A DNA stretch of 64,000 bases from Neorhizobium sp. (GTDB lineage Bacteria; Pseudomonadota; Alphaproteobacteria; Rhizobiales; Rhizobiaceae), in NCBI GenBank assembly GCA_965227625.1, contig CBDDGK010000057.1, positions 15,543 through 79,542 on the forward strand, given 5' to 3'. Of this stretch, positions 41,865 through 52,022 are shown one piece after another. The notes under the pieces were generated by a model. The model searched no databases, was not told the origin of the DNA, and saw nothing but the letters and a program-made list of their open reading frames with translations. Within the stretch, counting starts at the first letter, position 1; each line of letters starts with the position of its first letter. A program made the position numbers and the translations under genes.

Positions 41865-43679
41865 TCAAGCCGAATTGCGCGTCTCGATTTCGCCGATCTT
41901 GCGTGGTCCGGCAACAATCGTCTGGTTTCGGCCGGCGGCTTTCGCCTGTAGCAGTGCTGCATCAGCGCGCGTAACGAGGGTCGAGACCGTGCCTTCGGCG
42001 GGAGACCCGGCAACGCCGATCGACACGGAGACGAGGCCGAGAATGCGACCGCCATGCGACAACGGCGTGGTCGCGATCCTCTCGCGTAGCCGTTCGGCAA
42101 TATCGAAGGCGCTGCCTTCGTCCGCATCCGGCAGGAGAATAGTGAATTCCTCGCCCCCGAACCTGTAGCAGGTGCCCGCCACGCCGACCGTATCGAGCAT
42201 CATCTGCGCGACATACTGCATCACCATGTCGCCGGCGTCGTGACCGAACTCGTCGTTGAAGCGCTTGAACCGGTCGATATCGATCATCAGGCAGGCAAGT
42301 GGCAAATCCGACCGGTCCTTGCCGTATCGCACCAACACCTCGTCGAGGCTGCGGCGATTATACAGGCCGGTCAGCGCATCGCGCACCGCCAGATTGGTCA
42401 GCCGGTCGCGTAGCTGAAGATTGGCCACTGCAAGGCCGATGTTTTCGGCGATCAGCTCCAGGTAAAGCCGCGCGCTTTCCGGCGCCATCTCATGCTCCGG
42501 TCGCTCCTCGAAATACAGAAGACCGATCGTATCTCCCTGCGCCGTAAGCGGCACGCAAAGGCCTGCGGTCTCGCTCTCGCCGAGATGCTGGCAAGGGATA
42601 TCGCCATGGCCGTGGTTGCTCAGATGGGGCCGTCCGCGGCGCAGGCCCCAGCAGGCGCTGGTCGGAAAGGCGTCCGCGGAATGCTGCGGCTCCAGCCATG
42701 TGCCGACCTTCACCAGCACCGTGCGGCTTTCATTCAGTACATAGAGATGGCCGGCGAGATCCGGAAAGATCTGCGGCGCGAAACGCGAAACGACGTCCGC
42801 CAGTTCAGCCTGCGCCTGGCAGGCCTGCAGCCGGTGCATCATCTGCAGGATCAGGTCCTTGGTGCGCTGGTCGGCCTGACGCTCGGCATCCAGCCGGTCG
42901 CGCTCCAATCCGTTCTCGCGGAAAATATGAATTGCCTGGTTCATCTCGCCGATCTCGTCGCGGCGGCGGTCGAGCGGCACTTCCACCGCATAATCCTGCC
43001 GGGCGAGACGGGTGACGATACTGGTCATGCGCGTCAGCGGCATCGAGACGCGTCGCTTGAGCACGAAATAGAGGACGGCGATGAACAATGCACCGGTGAT
43101 GCCCAGCATGGTCTTGGCGGCAAGGCCCCAGCCATCGCTGCGCTCCTTGGCAAGAGCCACGGCGGTTTCGGTGCGCGCCTTCACGAGCTCGCGAAAACGG
43201 GTGACCTTTTCCAGGACCAGCGATTGGTACCGCTCATGCTCGACGCCGAACAGGGTTTGCTGCGCGCTGGCCTTGTCGCCATTTTGATAAGCCGCGATCG
43301 CGGCGGCTTCGAACTCATCGAGCTTGTCGGCGTCCTGTCCGACCTCCGTCAGAGCCGCCAGTTCGGCATCGGAGGCGCCCAGTTCGCGAATGCCCTTTAT
43401 CGCGCCTTCCAGCCGAGTCTCGTTGATCTCATCCTGCCGGAAGTCGTCGAGATGCCGCTCTTCGCCGCGGATGACATAAAGCCGCGCCGCATCGGTGCGC
43501 TCTTCGGCGCCGATCGCAAGTTCGTTGGAGAGATCATCGAGCGCGCGGTGCTCTTCGACGGCGAGGCGCTCCTGGCTTGCGCTATGTGCGGAGAGGATAA
43601 AAGCACCGCCCGACAGCACGGTCAGCACGACCGTGACACCATAAGCCCAGTTGGTGATCTCGTTGATACGCATGCCCAA
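41865..43679 (-). CDS. Membrane diguanylate cyclase (periplasmic sensor-HAMP-GAF-GGDEF)
   Basis: Two TM segments, RRDEIGEM HAMP, CWGLRRG GAF, DALTGLYNRR, FKRFNDEFGH and RFGGEEF. Confidence 0.93.
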   Translation of the reverse strand: MGMRINEITNWAYGVTVVLTVLSGGAFILSAHSASQERLAVEEHRALDDLSNELAIGAEERTDAARLYVIRGEERHLDDFRQDEINETRLEGAIKGIRELGASDAELAALTEVGQDADKLDEFEAAAIAAYQNGDKASAQQTLFGVEHERYQSLVLEKVTRFRELVKARTETAVALAKERSDGWGLAAKTMLGITGALFIAVLYFVLKRRVSMPLTRMTSIVTRLARQDYAVEVPLDRRRDEIGEMNQAIHIFRENGLERDRLDAERQADQRTKDLILQMMHRLQACQAQAELADVVSRFAPQIFPDLAGHLYVLNESRTVLVKVGTWLEPQHSADAFPTSACWGLRRGRPHLSNHGHGDIPCQHLGESETAGLCVPLTAQGDTIGLLYFEERPEHEMAPESARLYLELIAENIGLAVANLQLRDRLTNLAVRDALTGLYNRRSLDEVLVRYGKDRSDLPLACLMIDIDRFKRFNDEFGHDAGDMVMQYVAQMMLDTVGVAGTCYRFGGEEFTILLPDADEGSAFDIAERLRERIATTPLSHGGRILGLVSVSIGVAGSPAEGTVSTLVTRADAALLQAKAAGRNQTIVAGPRKIGEIETRNSA

Positions 43680-43965
43680 AACATAGGCGAACGCGTTGAA
43701 AAGAGAATTAAGGGAATATCCGTAAAGCCCAGGCGAGCGGTATTAAATCACCACCATGGTAAATAAATTAGAATTTTCGAAAATATGGACACTTTGAGCC
43801 CGAACCAGCGGCCGAATAAAAATGAAGCGATCCACGGCAATCGTGACCTGTCCACAGAGCGAATTGTCATTCGACTGCAATACCGGCTGGATCGTCTTGC
43901 CCTGGATCGCTTTGGAAGAGCACCGAAAAGTGCATGCTGAAAGGCGTTTCGACTACGGCGCTCGT

Positions 43966-44157
43966 TTAGCGACCGGTGACGCCTTGCACGGGACGGCGCC
44001 TGTCGGCGACCGCTTGTTCAAGCCGAACGCGCTGCCCATCCGCCCAGGAATTCGCAAAATCAGCATAATCGAATTTGCGTTCGCTGATGGAGCCGTCCTC
44101 GGTGATCCTCACGACGGTTTTTCCGCCAATTGAGATTGTTCTGACCTCATTTTTCAT
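43966..44157 (-). CDS. Small hypothetical protein
   Basis: GGGAGG RBS before MKNEVRTISIGGKTVVRITEDGSISERKFDYADFANSWADGQRVRL. Confidence 0.65.
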   Translation of the reverse strand: MKNEVRTISIGGKTVVRITEDGSISERKFDYADFANSWADGQRVRLEQAVADRRRPVQGVTGR

Positions 44158-44329
44158 GATTTCCTCCCGCGTCTTTGCCCCGGAGAACGGCATAACCTGT
44201 CCCATTTCGAAACAGGAGTCGGCAATTCGGTCTAGTCCTCGTTCAGCGCCGGGAAAAGGCCGAACGGCATCGACAAGACCGGCAGATTACCGCTCAAGAG
44301 CGCATTCATCTGAATGAAAGGGAAGAAGA

Positions 44330-44485
44330 GCGATCCACGGCAACCGATGGATGTTTACGATCCTGGGTGCCTACAAACGTAGGTGGGCGCCGTATGTCCA
44401 AGCCCACGGGCCTGGTCAGGGACAGCTCCCTTTGGATCGAGTATGGCCCCAGGGATTGTGGTTCCTGTCGTGAGGCGCAGACCGC
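44330..44485 (-). ncRNA. ssrS: 6S RNA
   Basis: Long self-complementary rod (GCGGTCTGCG...CGTGGATCGC) containing CCCTGGGGCC and GGGAGCTGTCCCTG; directly downstream of zapA as in other Alphaproteobacteria. Confidence 0.9.
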
Positions 44486-44561
44486 GACTGCGAATATATG
44501 AATGAAACCCGTCCGGCGCCAGTGGCATCCACGGCTATTTTTTAGCCTCAGCGACCGCCGG

Positions 44562-44939
44562 TCAGTTTACCTGCGCCGAAGTACGGCCGTTGAGCTTGGC
44601 GGTCAGGCCTTCGATGCGGGTGGCAAGCTCGCTCAGCGCCGAAACGAAGACCTGTTCGTTGCGCTCCTGGGTTTGCAACGATCCCTCGCGATTGGATTTC
44701 AGCGCAGCCACTTCCGCCTCCAGCGCCGACATCCGCCGCGTCACCTCGGAAAGCTCGTCCATGATCATGATGCCGGCCATGACGGTGATCCGCAGATCGC
44801 CGATCTCGCCGAACTGGCTCTTGAGATGGCCGACATAACGGTCGAAACGGCCGGCAAGCTCGGTCAGGTGAGGCTCCTGCCCCTCCTCGCAGGCCATGCG
44901 ATAGGCCTTTCCGTCGATCATCACCGTAACCTGGGCCAT
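44562..44939 (-). CDS. zapA: Cell division protein ZapA
   Basis: [23 protein letters not shown] and [14 protein letters not shown]. Confidence 0.93.
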   Translation of the reverse strand: MAQVTVMIDGKAYRMACEEGQEPHLTELAGRFDRYVGHLKSQFGEIGDLRITVMAGIMIMDELSEVTRRMSALEAEVAALKSNREGSLQTQERNEQVFVSALSELATRIEGLTAKLNGRTSAQVN

Positions 44940-44975
44940 GCTCTTTCCTCTGTCTCCCTTCCCCGCCCTTCGCCG

Positions 44976-45248
44976 TCAGCGATCGAGCACGGCGCGGATC
45001 GTTTCCATCGCCGTGACCAGGCGTCGCGAGACTTCGCGGTTGACCTCTTCCAGACGATTGGCGCGGAATTGCGACTGATCGAGTTCCTGCGCAAGGCGCG
45101 CCCGGTCCGCATGCACGCGGCGAACTTCGCCCTCGACATCCTGGGCATCGCGCTGCCGTTCGATACGCGCATCGACAGCGCTCTCAAGGCCGCCAATGGC
45201 TGCCCTAAGCTGCGTTATAGCCATGTCGATCGTCTTTTCAGCCGGCAT
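44976..45248 (-). CDS. DUF4164 coiled-coil protein upstream of zapA
   Basis: [10 protein letters not shown]...[17 protein letters not shown] coiled coil; position upstream of zapA. Confidence 0.85.
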   Translation of the reverse strand: MPAEKTIDMAITQLRAAIGGLESAVDARIERQRDAQDVEGEVRRVHADRARLAQELDQSQFRANRLEEVNREVSRRLVTAMETIRAVLDR

Positions 45249-45590
45249 CGGACGCCTTCCTGTCGATACGCGAGGGAGCGCGAATCGCAGCGGTTCCCTC
45301 TTCCAACAAGCGCCGAAGACTATTCACGGCCTCCGGACCGGTCAATCAATCAACCGGTTTTCCGGCACTGCAAGCTGTGGATCGTCGACTATATTTGGTC
45401 GCCGTCCGACCCTTGCCCCGAAATTCGGCAGACTGCACGAAACTTTCTTTCTGAACCGATTCAACACCTCCCGCTTTTGTTGACTTGCTCGTTGCACCTG
45501 CTAAGGATCAGCCGCTTTCAGGCGGTCCCGGAGCCAGAGCGATGGCTTTCGACGGGATCGTGTCCGACACCCGTAAAAAGCGGATTTGCC

Positions 45591-47567
45591 ATGACCTCTC
45601 GCGAAACACATAACCGGATGGCGAATGCGATCCGATTCCTTGCCATGGATGCTGTTGAGAAGGCCAATTCCGGCCATCCTGGCCTGCCGATGGGCGCTGC
45701 CGATATCGCGACCGTGCTCTTCAGCCGCTATCTCAAGTTCGATCCGAAGAACCCGCTCTGGGCCGACCGCGACCGCTTCGTGCTCTCCGCCGGCCACGGC
45801 TCGATGCTTCTTTACGCGCTCCTCTACCTCACCGGTTACGAGGACATGACGATCGAAGACATCAAGCAGTTCCGCCAGCTCGGCTCCAAGACCGCCGGCC
45901 ACCCGGAATACGGTCATGCTTCGGGCATCGAGACCACCACCGGCCCGCTCGGCCAGGGCATCGCCAATGCCGTCGGCATGGCGATCGCAGAGCGCAAGCT
46001 CGAAGAAGAATTCGGCTCCGACCTGCAGAGCCACTTCACCTATGCTCTGTGCGGCGACGGCTGCCTGATGGAAGGCATCAGCCAGGAAGCCATCGCGCTT
46101 GCCGGCCACCTGAAGCTGAACAAGCTCGTGCTCTTCTGGGATAACAACTCGATCACCATCGACGGCGCCGTTTCACTGTCGGACTCGACCGACCAGGTCA
46201 TGCGCTTCAAGGCCGCACACTGGAACACGATCGAGGTTGACGGCCACGACACCGACCAGATTTCGGCCGCCATCGAAGCTGCCCAGAAGTCCGACCGCCC
46301 GACCTTCATCGCCTGCAAGACGATCATCGGCTTCGGCGCCCCGAACAAGCAGGGCACCCACAAGGTTCACGGCTCGCCGCTCGGCGCAGAAGAAATCGCC
46401 GCTGCCCGCAAGTCGCTGAACTGGGAAGCGGACGCTTTCGTGGTTCCGTCCGACGTGCTGGATGCTTGGCGCGCCGCCGGCACCCGCTCCGTCGATGCCC
46501 GCAAGGCCTGGGAAGGCCGTCTCGCCGGCTCCGACAAAAAGGCTGAATTCATCCGCCGTTTCGCCGGTGATCTGCCGGAAGGGTTCGACGCCGCTATCGA
46601 CAGCTTCAAGAAGAAGATTGCCGAGAACAACCCGACGGTTGCCACCCGTAAGGCTTCGGAAGACGCACTCGAAGTCATCAACGGCATCGTTATCGAGACC
46701 ATCGGCGGCTCGGCCGACCTGACGCCGTCGAACAACACCAAGACCAGCCAGATGAAGTCGATCACCCCGACCGACTTCTCCGGCCGTTACATGCACTGGG
46801 GTATCCGCGAGCACGCCATGGCCGCTGCCATGAACGGCATCTCGCTGCATGGCGGTCTTATCCCCTACGCCGGCGGCTTCCTGATCTTCTCGGATTATTG
46901 CCGTCCGTCCGTGCGCCTCGCAGCCCTGATGGGCATCCGCCTCGTTCACGTCTGGACGCATGACTCGATCGGCGTCGGCGAAGACGGCCCGACCCACCAG
47001 CCGGTGGAACAGATCGCGGCACTGCGCGCCATCCCGAACCTGCTGATCTTCCGCCCGGCCGACGAGACCGAGACGGCCGAGTGCTGGCAGCTCGCGCTGC
47101 ATGAAAAGCACCGCCCGTCGGGCCTGGCGCTGACCCGCCAGAACCTGACCCCGGCGCGCAAGACCTATGAAGCGAAGAACCTTTGCGCCCAGGGTGCCTA
47201 CGAGCTCTCCGGCTCGGCCGACGCCAAGGTCACGGTCTTCGCTTCCGGCTCGGAAGTCGAGCTGGCGCTGAAGGCAGCCGAAACGCTGAACGGCAAGGGC
47301 ATTTCGACCCGCGTCGTTTCCGTTCCCTGCGTCGAGCTCTTCTTCGACCAGCCGGAAAGCTATCAGGACGCCGTCATCGGCAATTCGCCGGTCAAGATCG
47401 CCGTTGAAGCCGCCGTCCGTGAGGGCTGGGATCACTTCATCGGCCCGAAGGGCACCTTTATCGGCATGAAGTCTTTCGGTGCCTCCGGCCCGGCCAAGGA
47501 CCTCTTCAAGCACTTCGGCATCACCGCGGAAGCGGTCGTCGAGGCTGCCGAAAAGGCCCTCGCCTGA
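45591..47567 (+). CDS. tkt: Transketolase
   Basis: [27 protein letters not shown] and GEDGPTHQP; true start MTSRE at 45591. Confidence 0.98.
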   Translation: MTSRETHNRMANAIRFLAMDAVEKANSGHPGLPMGAADIATVLFSRYLKFDPKNPLWADRDRFVLSAGHGSMLLYALLYLTGYEDMTIEDIKQFRQLGSKTAGHPEYGHASGIETTTGPLGQGIANAVGMAIAERKLEEEFGSDLQSHFTYALCGDGCLMEGISQEAIALAGHLKLNKLVLFWDNNSITIDGAVSLSDSTDQVMRFKAAHWNTIEVDGHDTDQISAAIEAAQKSDRPTFIACKTIIGFGAPNKQGTHKVHGSPLGAEEIAAARKSLNWEADAFVVPSDVLDAWRAAGTRSVDARKAWEGRLAGSDKKAEFIRRFAGDLPEGFDAAIDSFKKKIAENNPTVATRKASEDALEVINGIVIETIGGSADLTPSNNTKTSQMKSITPTDFSGRYMHWGIREHAMAAAMNGISLHGGLIPYAGGFLIFSDYCRPSVRLAALMGIRLVHVWTHDSIGVGEDGPTHQPVEQIAALRAIPNLLIFRPADETETAECWQLALHEKHRPSGLALTRQNLTPARKTYEAKNLCAQGAYELSGSADAKVTVFASGSEVELALKAAETLNGKGISTRVVSVPCVELFFDQPESYQDAVIGNSPVKIAVEAAVREGWDHFIGPKGTFIGMKSFGASGPAKDLFKHFGITAEAVVEAAEKALA

Positions 47568-47648
47568 GACTTTTCAAAGGGGCGCGCCGGATCCAACCAT
47601 CCGGGTGCGCCCCGACAGGACTGAACGTAGATTTTTCGGGAGAATGAC

Positions 47649-48659
47649 ATGACTGTAAAAGTTGCCATCAACGGTTTTGGCCGCATCGGCCGCAACGTTC
47701 TGCGCGCGATCGTCGAATCCGGCCGCACCGACATCGAAGTCGTTGCCATCAATGACCTCGGCCCGGTTGAAACCAACGCCCACCTGCTGCGCTACGACTC
47801 GATCCACGGCAAGTTCCCGGCCGACGTGAAGGTCGAAGGCGACACGATCACCGTTGGCGGCGGCAAGCCGATCAAGGTCACCGCGATCAAGGACCCGGCA
47901 ACCCTTCCCCACAAGGAAATGGGCGTCGACATCGCGATGGAATGCACCGGCATTTTCACCTCGCGTGACAAGGCTGCCCTACACCTCGCCGCCGGCGCCA
48001 AGCGCGTCATCGTTTCGGCTCCGGCTGATGGCGCTGACCTGACCGTCGTCTTCGGCGTGAATCACGACCAGCTGACCAAGGACCACCTGGTCATCTCCAA
48101 CGCCTCCTGCACCACGAACTGCCTGGTTCCGGTGGTCAAGATTCTGGACGACGTCGTCGGTATCGACCACGGCTTCATGACCACGATCCACTCCTATACC
48201 GGTGACCAGCCGACGCTCGACACGATGCACAAGGACCTCTACCGCGCCCGTGCAGCCGCCCTGTCGATGATCCCGACCTCCACTGGCGCTGCCAAGGCCG
48301 TTGGTCTCGTTCTGCCGCACCTCAAGGGCAAGCTGGACGGCACCTCGATCCGCGTTCCGACCCCGAACGTCTCCGTCGTCGACTTCAAGTTCGTCGCCAA
48401 GAAGGCAACTTCGGTCGCCGAAATCAACGAAGCCATCAAGTCTGCCGCCAACGGCAAACTGAAGGGCATCCTCGGCTACACCGACGAGCCGCTGGTCTCC
48501 CGCGACTTCAACCACGACAGCCACTCCTCGATCTTCGCCACCGACCAGACCAAGGTCATGGAAGGCAACTTCGTGCGCGTGCTTTCCTGGTACGACAACG
48601 AATGGGGCTTCTCCAACCGCATGTCGGACACGGCTGTGGCGTTTGCCAAGACGATCTAA
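47649..48659 (+). CDS. gap: Type I glyceraldehyde-3-phosphate dehydrogenase
   Basis: [17 protein letters not shown] and WYDNEWG. Confidence 0.98.
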   Translation: MTVKVAINGFGRIGRNVLRAIVESGRTDIEVVAINDLGPVETNAHLLRYDSIHGKFPADVKVEGDTITVGGGKPIKVTAIKDPATLPHKEMGVDIAMECTGIFTSRDKAALHLAAGAKRVIVSAPADGADLTVVFGVNHDQLTKDHLVISNASCTTNCLVPVVKILDDVVGIDHGFMTTIHSYTGDQPTLDTMHKDLYRARAAALSMIPTSTGAAKAVGLVLPHLKGKLDGTSIRVPTPNVSVVDFKFVAKKATSVAEINEAIKSAANGKLKGILGYTDEPLVSRDFNHDSHSSIFATDQTKVMEGNFVRVLSWYDNEWGFSNRMSDTAVAFAKTI

Positions 48660-48701
48660 GGATCGCAGAAGCTGCCCTCGGGCGGCATCGACAGAATATG
48701 G

Positions 48702-48733
48702 ACCTCCTCCCGCAAGGGAGGAGGTTTTGTTTT
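48702..48733 (+). terminator. Terminator after gap
   Basis: ACCTCCTCCC-GCAA-GGGAGGAGGT followed by TTTGTTTT. Confidence 0.85.
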
Positions 48734-48822
48734 GTGGTGATGTAGGCTGAAACGAGCGCGAATACGCTATTATGGCGCGTTTCCGACAGCAGGAAGAGAC
48801 TGGCGCAATCGCATCCATGTCT

Positions 48823-50001
48823 TTAGCGCGAAAGGCGTGCGACCCCACCGAATAGAATGATCGCCGCCCCGCCCAATGCCGCGGTGACAGTAAGGGACGG
48901 GCTGATGCCTATCACGGACATTGCCAGCGCAAGCGCAAACGGCGCGAGAGCGGATAATATCAGGCGCGCCGCCATCATCTTCCCCTGCAACTGCCCATAA
49001 CCCTTGCTTCCGAAGAGATATAACGGCAGTGACCCGGTCACTATGCTGAGGAGACCGTTGCCCATGCCGAAGACGACTGCGAAAAGCATGGCGCCCGGAA
49101 TGGACGGTGCCGATAAGATGAGGATCAGCACGCCACCAGGGATCAGGACCGCGGCAATCAATGCCAGATGGATCGCGTTGACGTTCTTGCCGAACACCAT
49201 GTTGATCAATCGGCTAGCGACTTGTGCGGGACCGAACAACGTGCCGACAATCGCTGCAGTAGCTCCAAGCCCCAGTCCGGGTAGCAGTGGGACCATGTGG
49301 ACCAGCACCGCAGAACTCACCAGCGACATCAGGGAAAATCCTGAGACCATCAGAAGGAAGCCGACCTTGCGGCGCTCGGCTTGCAACGCCCCTTCGACTG
49401 GCGTCGAACCCTTGATATCCATGCCTCCACGTAAGGATATCCCGTTTGCGAGCCAGGCATGGATCGGCAGACAGATCACCAGGTTGAGGCCGGCGAACAC
49501 GAGATACACCTGTTGCCAGGACATGACGGTGTGCAGCGCGGTCGTGATCGGCCAGAAAATCGTCGAGGCGAAGCCGGCGATCAGCGTCAGATAGGTGATG
49601 CTGCGCGAGGCGACCTCCGGCCTCAGCTGCACGAGAAGAGCGAATGCCGCACCGTATTGAACGAGATTGGCAGAAACCTCCAGAGCAATGAGAGCCGCGG
49701 CATAAGACGTTCGCTCAGGAGCATAGGCACAAGCCACCAGAGCAGCCGAGGCCACAAGCGAGCCTCCCGTCATCACCCTTGCCGCGCCCAAACGATCAAA
49801 CAACTTACCGAGCCATGGCGCGGTCAGCCCGCCGATCAGGAGCGCCACGGACAGTGCCCCGAAGATCCATTCCGGCGGAATAGCGAAATGCGCCGCCATG
49901 TCCGGCGCAAGGATGCTGAAACTGTAATAGAGAGTGCCGTAGCCGATGTTCTGGGTTATCCCCAGCAGCAGCACTGCCGAGACAGGCACCCGATCAGACA
50001 A
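48823..50001 (-). CDS. arsK: MFS transporter, ArsK-like arsenical efflux permease
   Basis: LGITQNIGYGTLYYSFSILAP, LIAGFASTIFWP and GPAQVASR; last gene of the ars operon; TTG start overlapping the arsC stop. Confidence 0.8.
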   Translation of the reverse strand: MSDRVPVSAVLLLGITQNIGYGTLYYSFSILAPDMAAHFAIPPEWIFGALSVALLIGGLTAPWLGKLFDRLGAARVMTGGSLVASAALVACAYAPERTSYAAALIALEVSANLVQYGAAFALLVQLRPEVASRSITYLTLIAGFASTIFWPITTALHTVMSWQQVYLVFAGLNLVICLPIHAWLANGISLRGGMDIKGSTPVEGALQAERRKVGFLLMVSGFSLMSLVSSAVLVHMVPLLPGLGLGATAAIVGTLFGPAQVASRLINMVFGKNVNAIHLALIAAVLIPGGVLILILSAPSIPGAMLFAVVFGMGNGLLSIVTGSLPLYLFGSKGYGQLQGKMMAARLILSALAPFALALAMSVIGISPSLTVTAALGGAAIILFGGVARLSR

Positions 50002-50422
50002 GGCGTTTGCCGTCGGCGTCGATGACCAGCTCACCATCCTCCTTGGCGAAGGCGCCCTGATGGGTATCCGGCAGAATGTCGAGCACGACTTCCGAGGGAC
50101 GGGCAAGGCGCGTGCCGAGCGGCGTCACCACGAATGGCCTGTTGATGAGGATGGGATGAGCAACCATGAAATCCAAAAGCTCGTCATCCGTCAGAGATAC
50201 ATCCGCCAGACCCAGCTCGCCATAGGGTGTTCCCTTTTCACGGATCGCCTCTCTCAGCGTCAATCCCGCGTCCGCGATCAGCTTGACCAGTTGCTCTCTG
50301 CTCGGCGGATTTTGGAGATATTCGATGACGGTCGGCTCGATGCCGGTGTTGCGGATCATCGCCAGCGTGTTGCGAGAAGTACCGCAGTCGGGGTTGTGAT
50401 AAATAATGGCGTCCATGGTCAT
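49994..50422 (-). CDS. arsC: Arsenate reductase (glutaredoxin-dependent)
   Basis: IYHNPDCGTSRNTL, HPILINRP and RLARP. Confidence 0.95.
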   Translation of the reverse strand: MTMDAIIYHNPDCGTSRNTLAMIRNTGIEPTVIEYLQNPPSREQLVKLIADAGLTLREAIREKGTPYGELGLADVSLTDDELLDFMVAHPILINRPFVVTPLGTRLARPSEVVLDILPDTHQGAFAKEDGELVIDADGKRLV

Positions 50423-51117
50423 GATGCTGTTTCCGATGAAAGAATGGAAGCTGGGCGGGTCTGGCGGAAAAGCCAGTTCATCACTGCAAACGAGATGGTC
50501 GCTCCAATGCATTCGGCCGCGATAAAACCCGGCAGATCGGCGGGACGGATGCCGGCAAACGTGTCCGAGAGGGACCGCGCGATAGCGACGGCGGGATTGG
50601 CGAAGGACGTCGAGGCCGTAAACCAGTAGGCTGCAGCTATATAAAGCCCGACAAGCCAAGGCACTGCATCCGGCCTCGATCGCAATCCGCCCAGGATCGT
50701 GAAGATGAGACCGCCGGTTGCTATGATTTCAGCCAGCCATTGCCCACCACCGGTCCGGACCGTTGTCGATAGCTGGAGCACCGGTAGTTCGAACATCATA
50801 TGGGCCGTGAACGTGCCGATAGCGCCTCCGACAGTCTGTGCCAGCGCATAGGCCATCGCGCTCGAGGCCGAGATTTCGCGGCGCAGAGCGAAGACGAGAG
50901 AGACCACCGGATTGAAGTGAGCGCCCGAGATAGGCCCCAGAACGCTAATGATGACAACCAGAATCGCGCCGGTCGCCAGGGTGTTGCCAAGCAATGCCAA
51001 GGCCGTATCATTCGTCAGGCGGCTGGCCATGATGCCCGAACCGACCACGGTCGCGACGAGTATGGCGGTACCCAGCGCCTCGGCAGCGATACGGCGAGAA
51101 AATGGATAACTTGTCAC
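50419..51117 (-). CDS. aqpS: Aquaglyceroporin AqpS-like
   Basis: AEALGT, SGAHFNPV and YWFTASTSFANPA; GTG start overlapping the arsR stop. Confidence 0.88.
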   Translation of the reverse strand: MTSYPFSRRIAAEALGTAILVATVVGSGIMASRLTNDTALALLGNTLATGAILVVIISVLGPISGAHFNPVVSLVFALRREISASSAMAYALAQTVGGAIGTFTAHMMFELPVLQLSTTVRTGGGQWLAEIIATGGLIFTILGGLRSRPDAVPWLVGLYIAAAYWFTASTSFANPAVAIARSLSDTFAGIRPADLPGFIAAECIGATISFAVMNWLFRQTRPASILSSETAS

Positions 51118-51464
51118 TGAACCTTGTCCTTGGCAGGCACACAACAAGGAGCCGTGGCGACAGGAGCACAGACCTCCGGATGCCCGGAACAGCAATCCTC
51201 CATGAGGAAGCGAACCAAGCCGCTCAGAGCATCGTAGTTCGCAGTGTAGATGATCGAACGGGCTTCCCGCTGCTGGCCGATCAGCCCGGCGCGATCCAGC
51301 TCCTTCAGATGGAACGAGACGTTGGACGGTGAGACTTCCAGCCGCTCGGCTATCGAGCCGGCGGACATGCCGTCCGGACCGGCGACCACCAGCATCCTGA
51401 CGATCTGCAATCGTGTTTCCTGAGATAGGGCGCCGAAGGATGCGAGGGCTTGACGTTCTTTCAT
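51114..51464 (-). CDS. arsR: ArsR/SmtB repressor with C-terminal CC-x6-C site
   Basis: ALSQETRLQIVRML, SFHLKEL HTH, EDCCSGHPEVC. Confidence 0.93.
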   Translation of the reverse strand: MKERQALASFGALSQETRLQIVRMLVVAGPDGMSAGSIAERLEVSPSNVSFHLKELDRAGLIGQQREARSIIYTANYDALSGLVRFLMEDCCSGHPEVCAPVATAPCCVPAKDKVQ

Positions 51465-51484
51465 ATTTCAATAATCCTTGAAAT
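51465..51484. promoter_or_regulatory. Probable ArsR operator
   Basis: ATTTCAA-TAATCC-TTGAAAT inverted repeat in the 42-bp gap between divergent arsR and the DUF6428-like gene. Confidence 0.65.
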
Positions 51485-51506
51485 GTTGAAACGAGGAATA
51501 ACGCAG

Positions 51507-52022
51507 ATGAACGCAATCGACAAGACCCCGTCAGCGGAAATCAACCTCGGGCTCCTGCTCGGCACGGCCGCGGGTGCCCCGAACTTGCCGTTGGTCTTCT
51601 CTTACGATGGTCGTCCGGTGAAACCGGGATACCACGTCACCGAAGTCAAGGCCGGGCAGTTCTCGGCGCTGGATTGCGGCGCGAACCCGGAGGCATGGTC
51701 CGAGATATTCGTGCAGCTTTGGGATATCGAGGAAGGCGACCGGACACATATGCCGGCGGGCAAGTTCGCTGCGATCGTCCGCAAAGTCTCCGAGCATGTG
51801 AAGCTTGACGCCTCGGCTCGGCTCACCTTCGAAGTCAGCGATGGCGTGCAGCCAATGCAGCTCTATTGCGCGACGTCCCCGATCATTCGCGAGAACGCGG
51901 TCCATATTTCGCTTGAGCCGCGGCCGTCGAGTTGCAAACCGCGCGATCGGTGGCTCGCAGAACAAGCCGTTGCCACACCATCCGCCTGTTGCGCACCCGC
52001 AGCCGGAAAATGCTGCGCTTAG
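51507..52022 (+). CDS. DUF6428-like Cys-rich protein
   Basis: GYHVTEVK...LDCG...QLW, CK and C-terminal ACCAPAAGKCCA; GAGGA RBS. Confidence 0.8.
   Translation: MNAIDKTPSAEINLGLLLGTAAGAPNLPLVFSYDGRPVKPGYHVTEVKAGQFSALDCGANPEAWSEIFVQLWDIEEGDRTHMPAGKFAAIVRKVSEHVKLDASARLTFEVSDGVQPMQLYCATSPIIRENAVHISLEPRPSSCKPRDRWLAEQAVATPSACCAPAAGKCCA

Noticed and set aside
44502-45590. 363-aa N-terminal extension of transketolase in the 1021-aa ORF
   Set aside because: It is an open frame antisense to zapA and DUF4164; transketolase similarity begins at MTSRE (45591).
47579-47613. GC-rich hairpin between tkt and gap
   Set aside because: Single copy with no T tract; most likely an ordinary intercistronic stability hairpin.
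50419-51516. 365-aa aquaporin ORF and extended arsC/arsK ORFs suggesting fusions
   Set aside because: The extensions overlap upstream genes in other frames; starts that overlap the upstream stops give normal-sized proteins.
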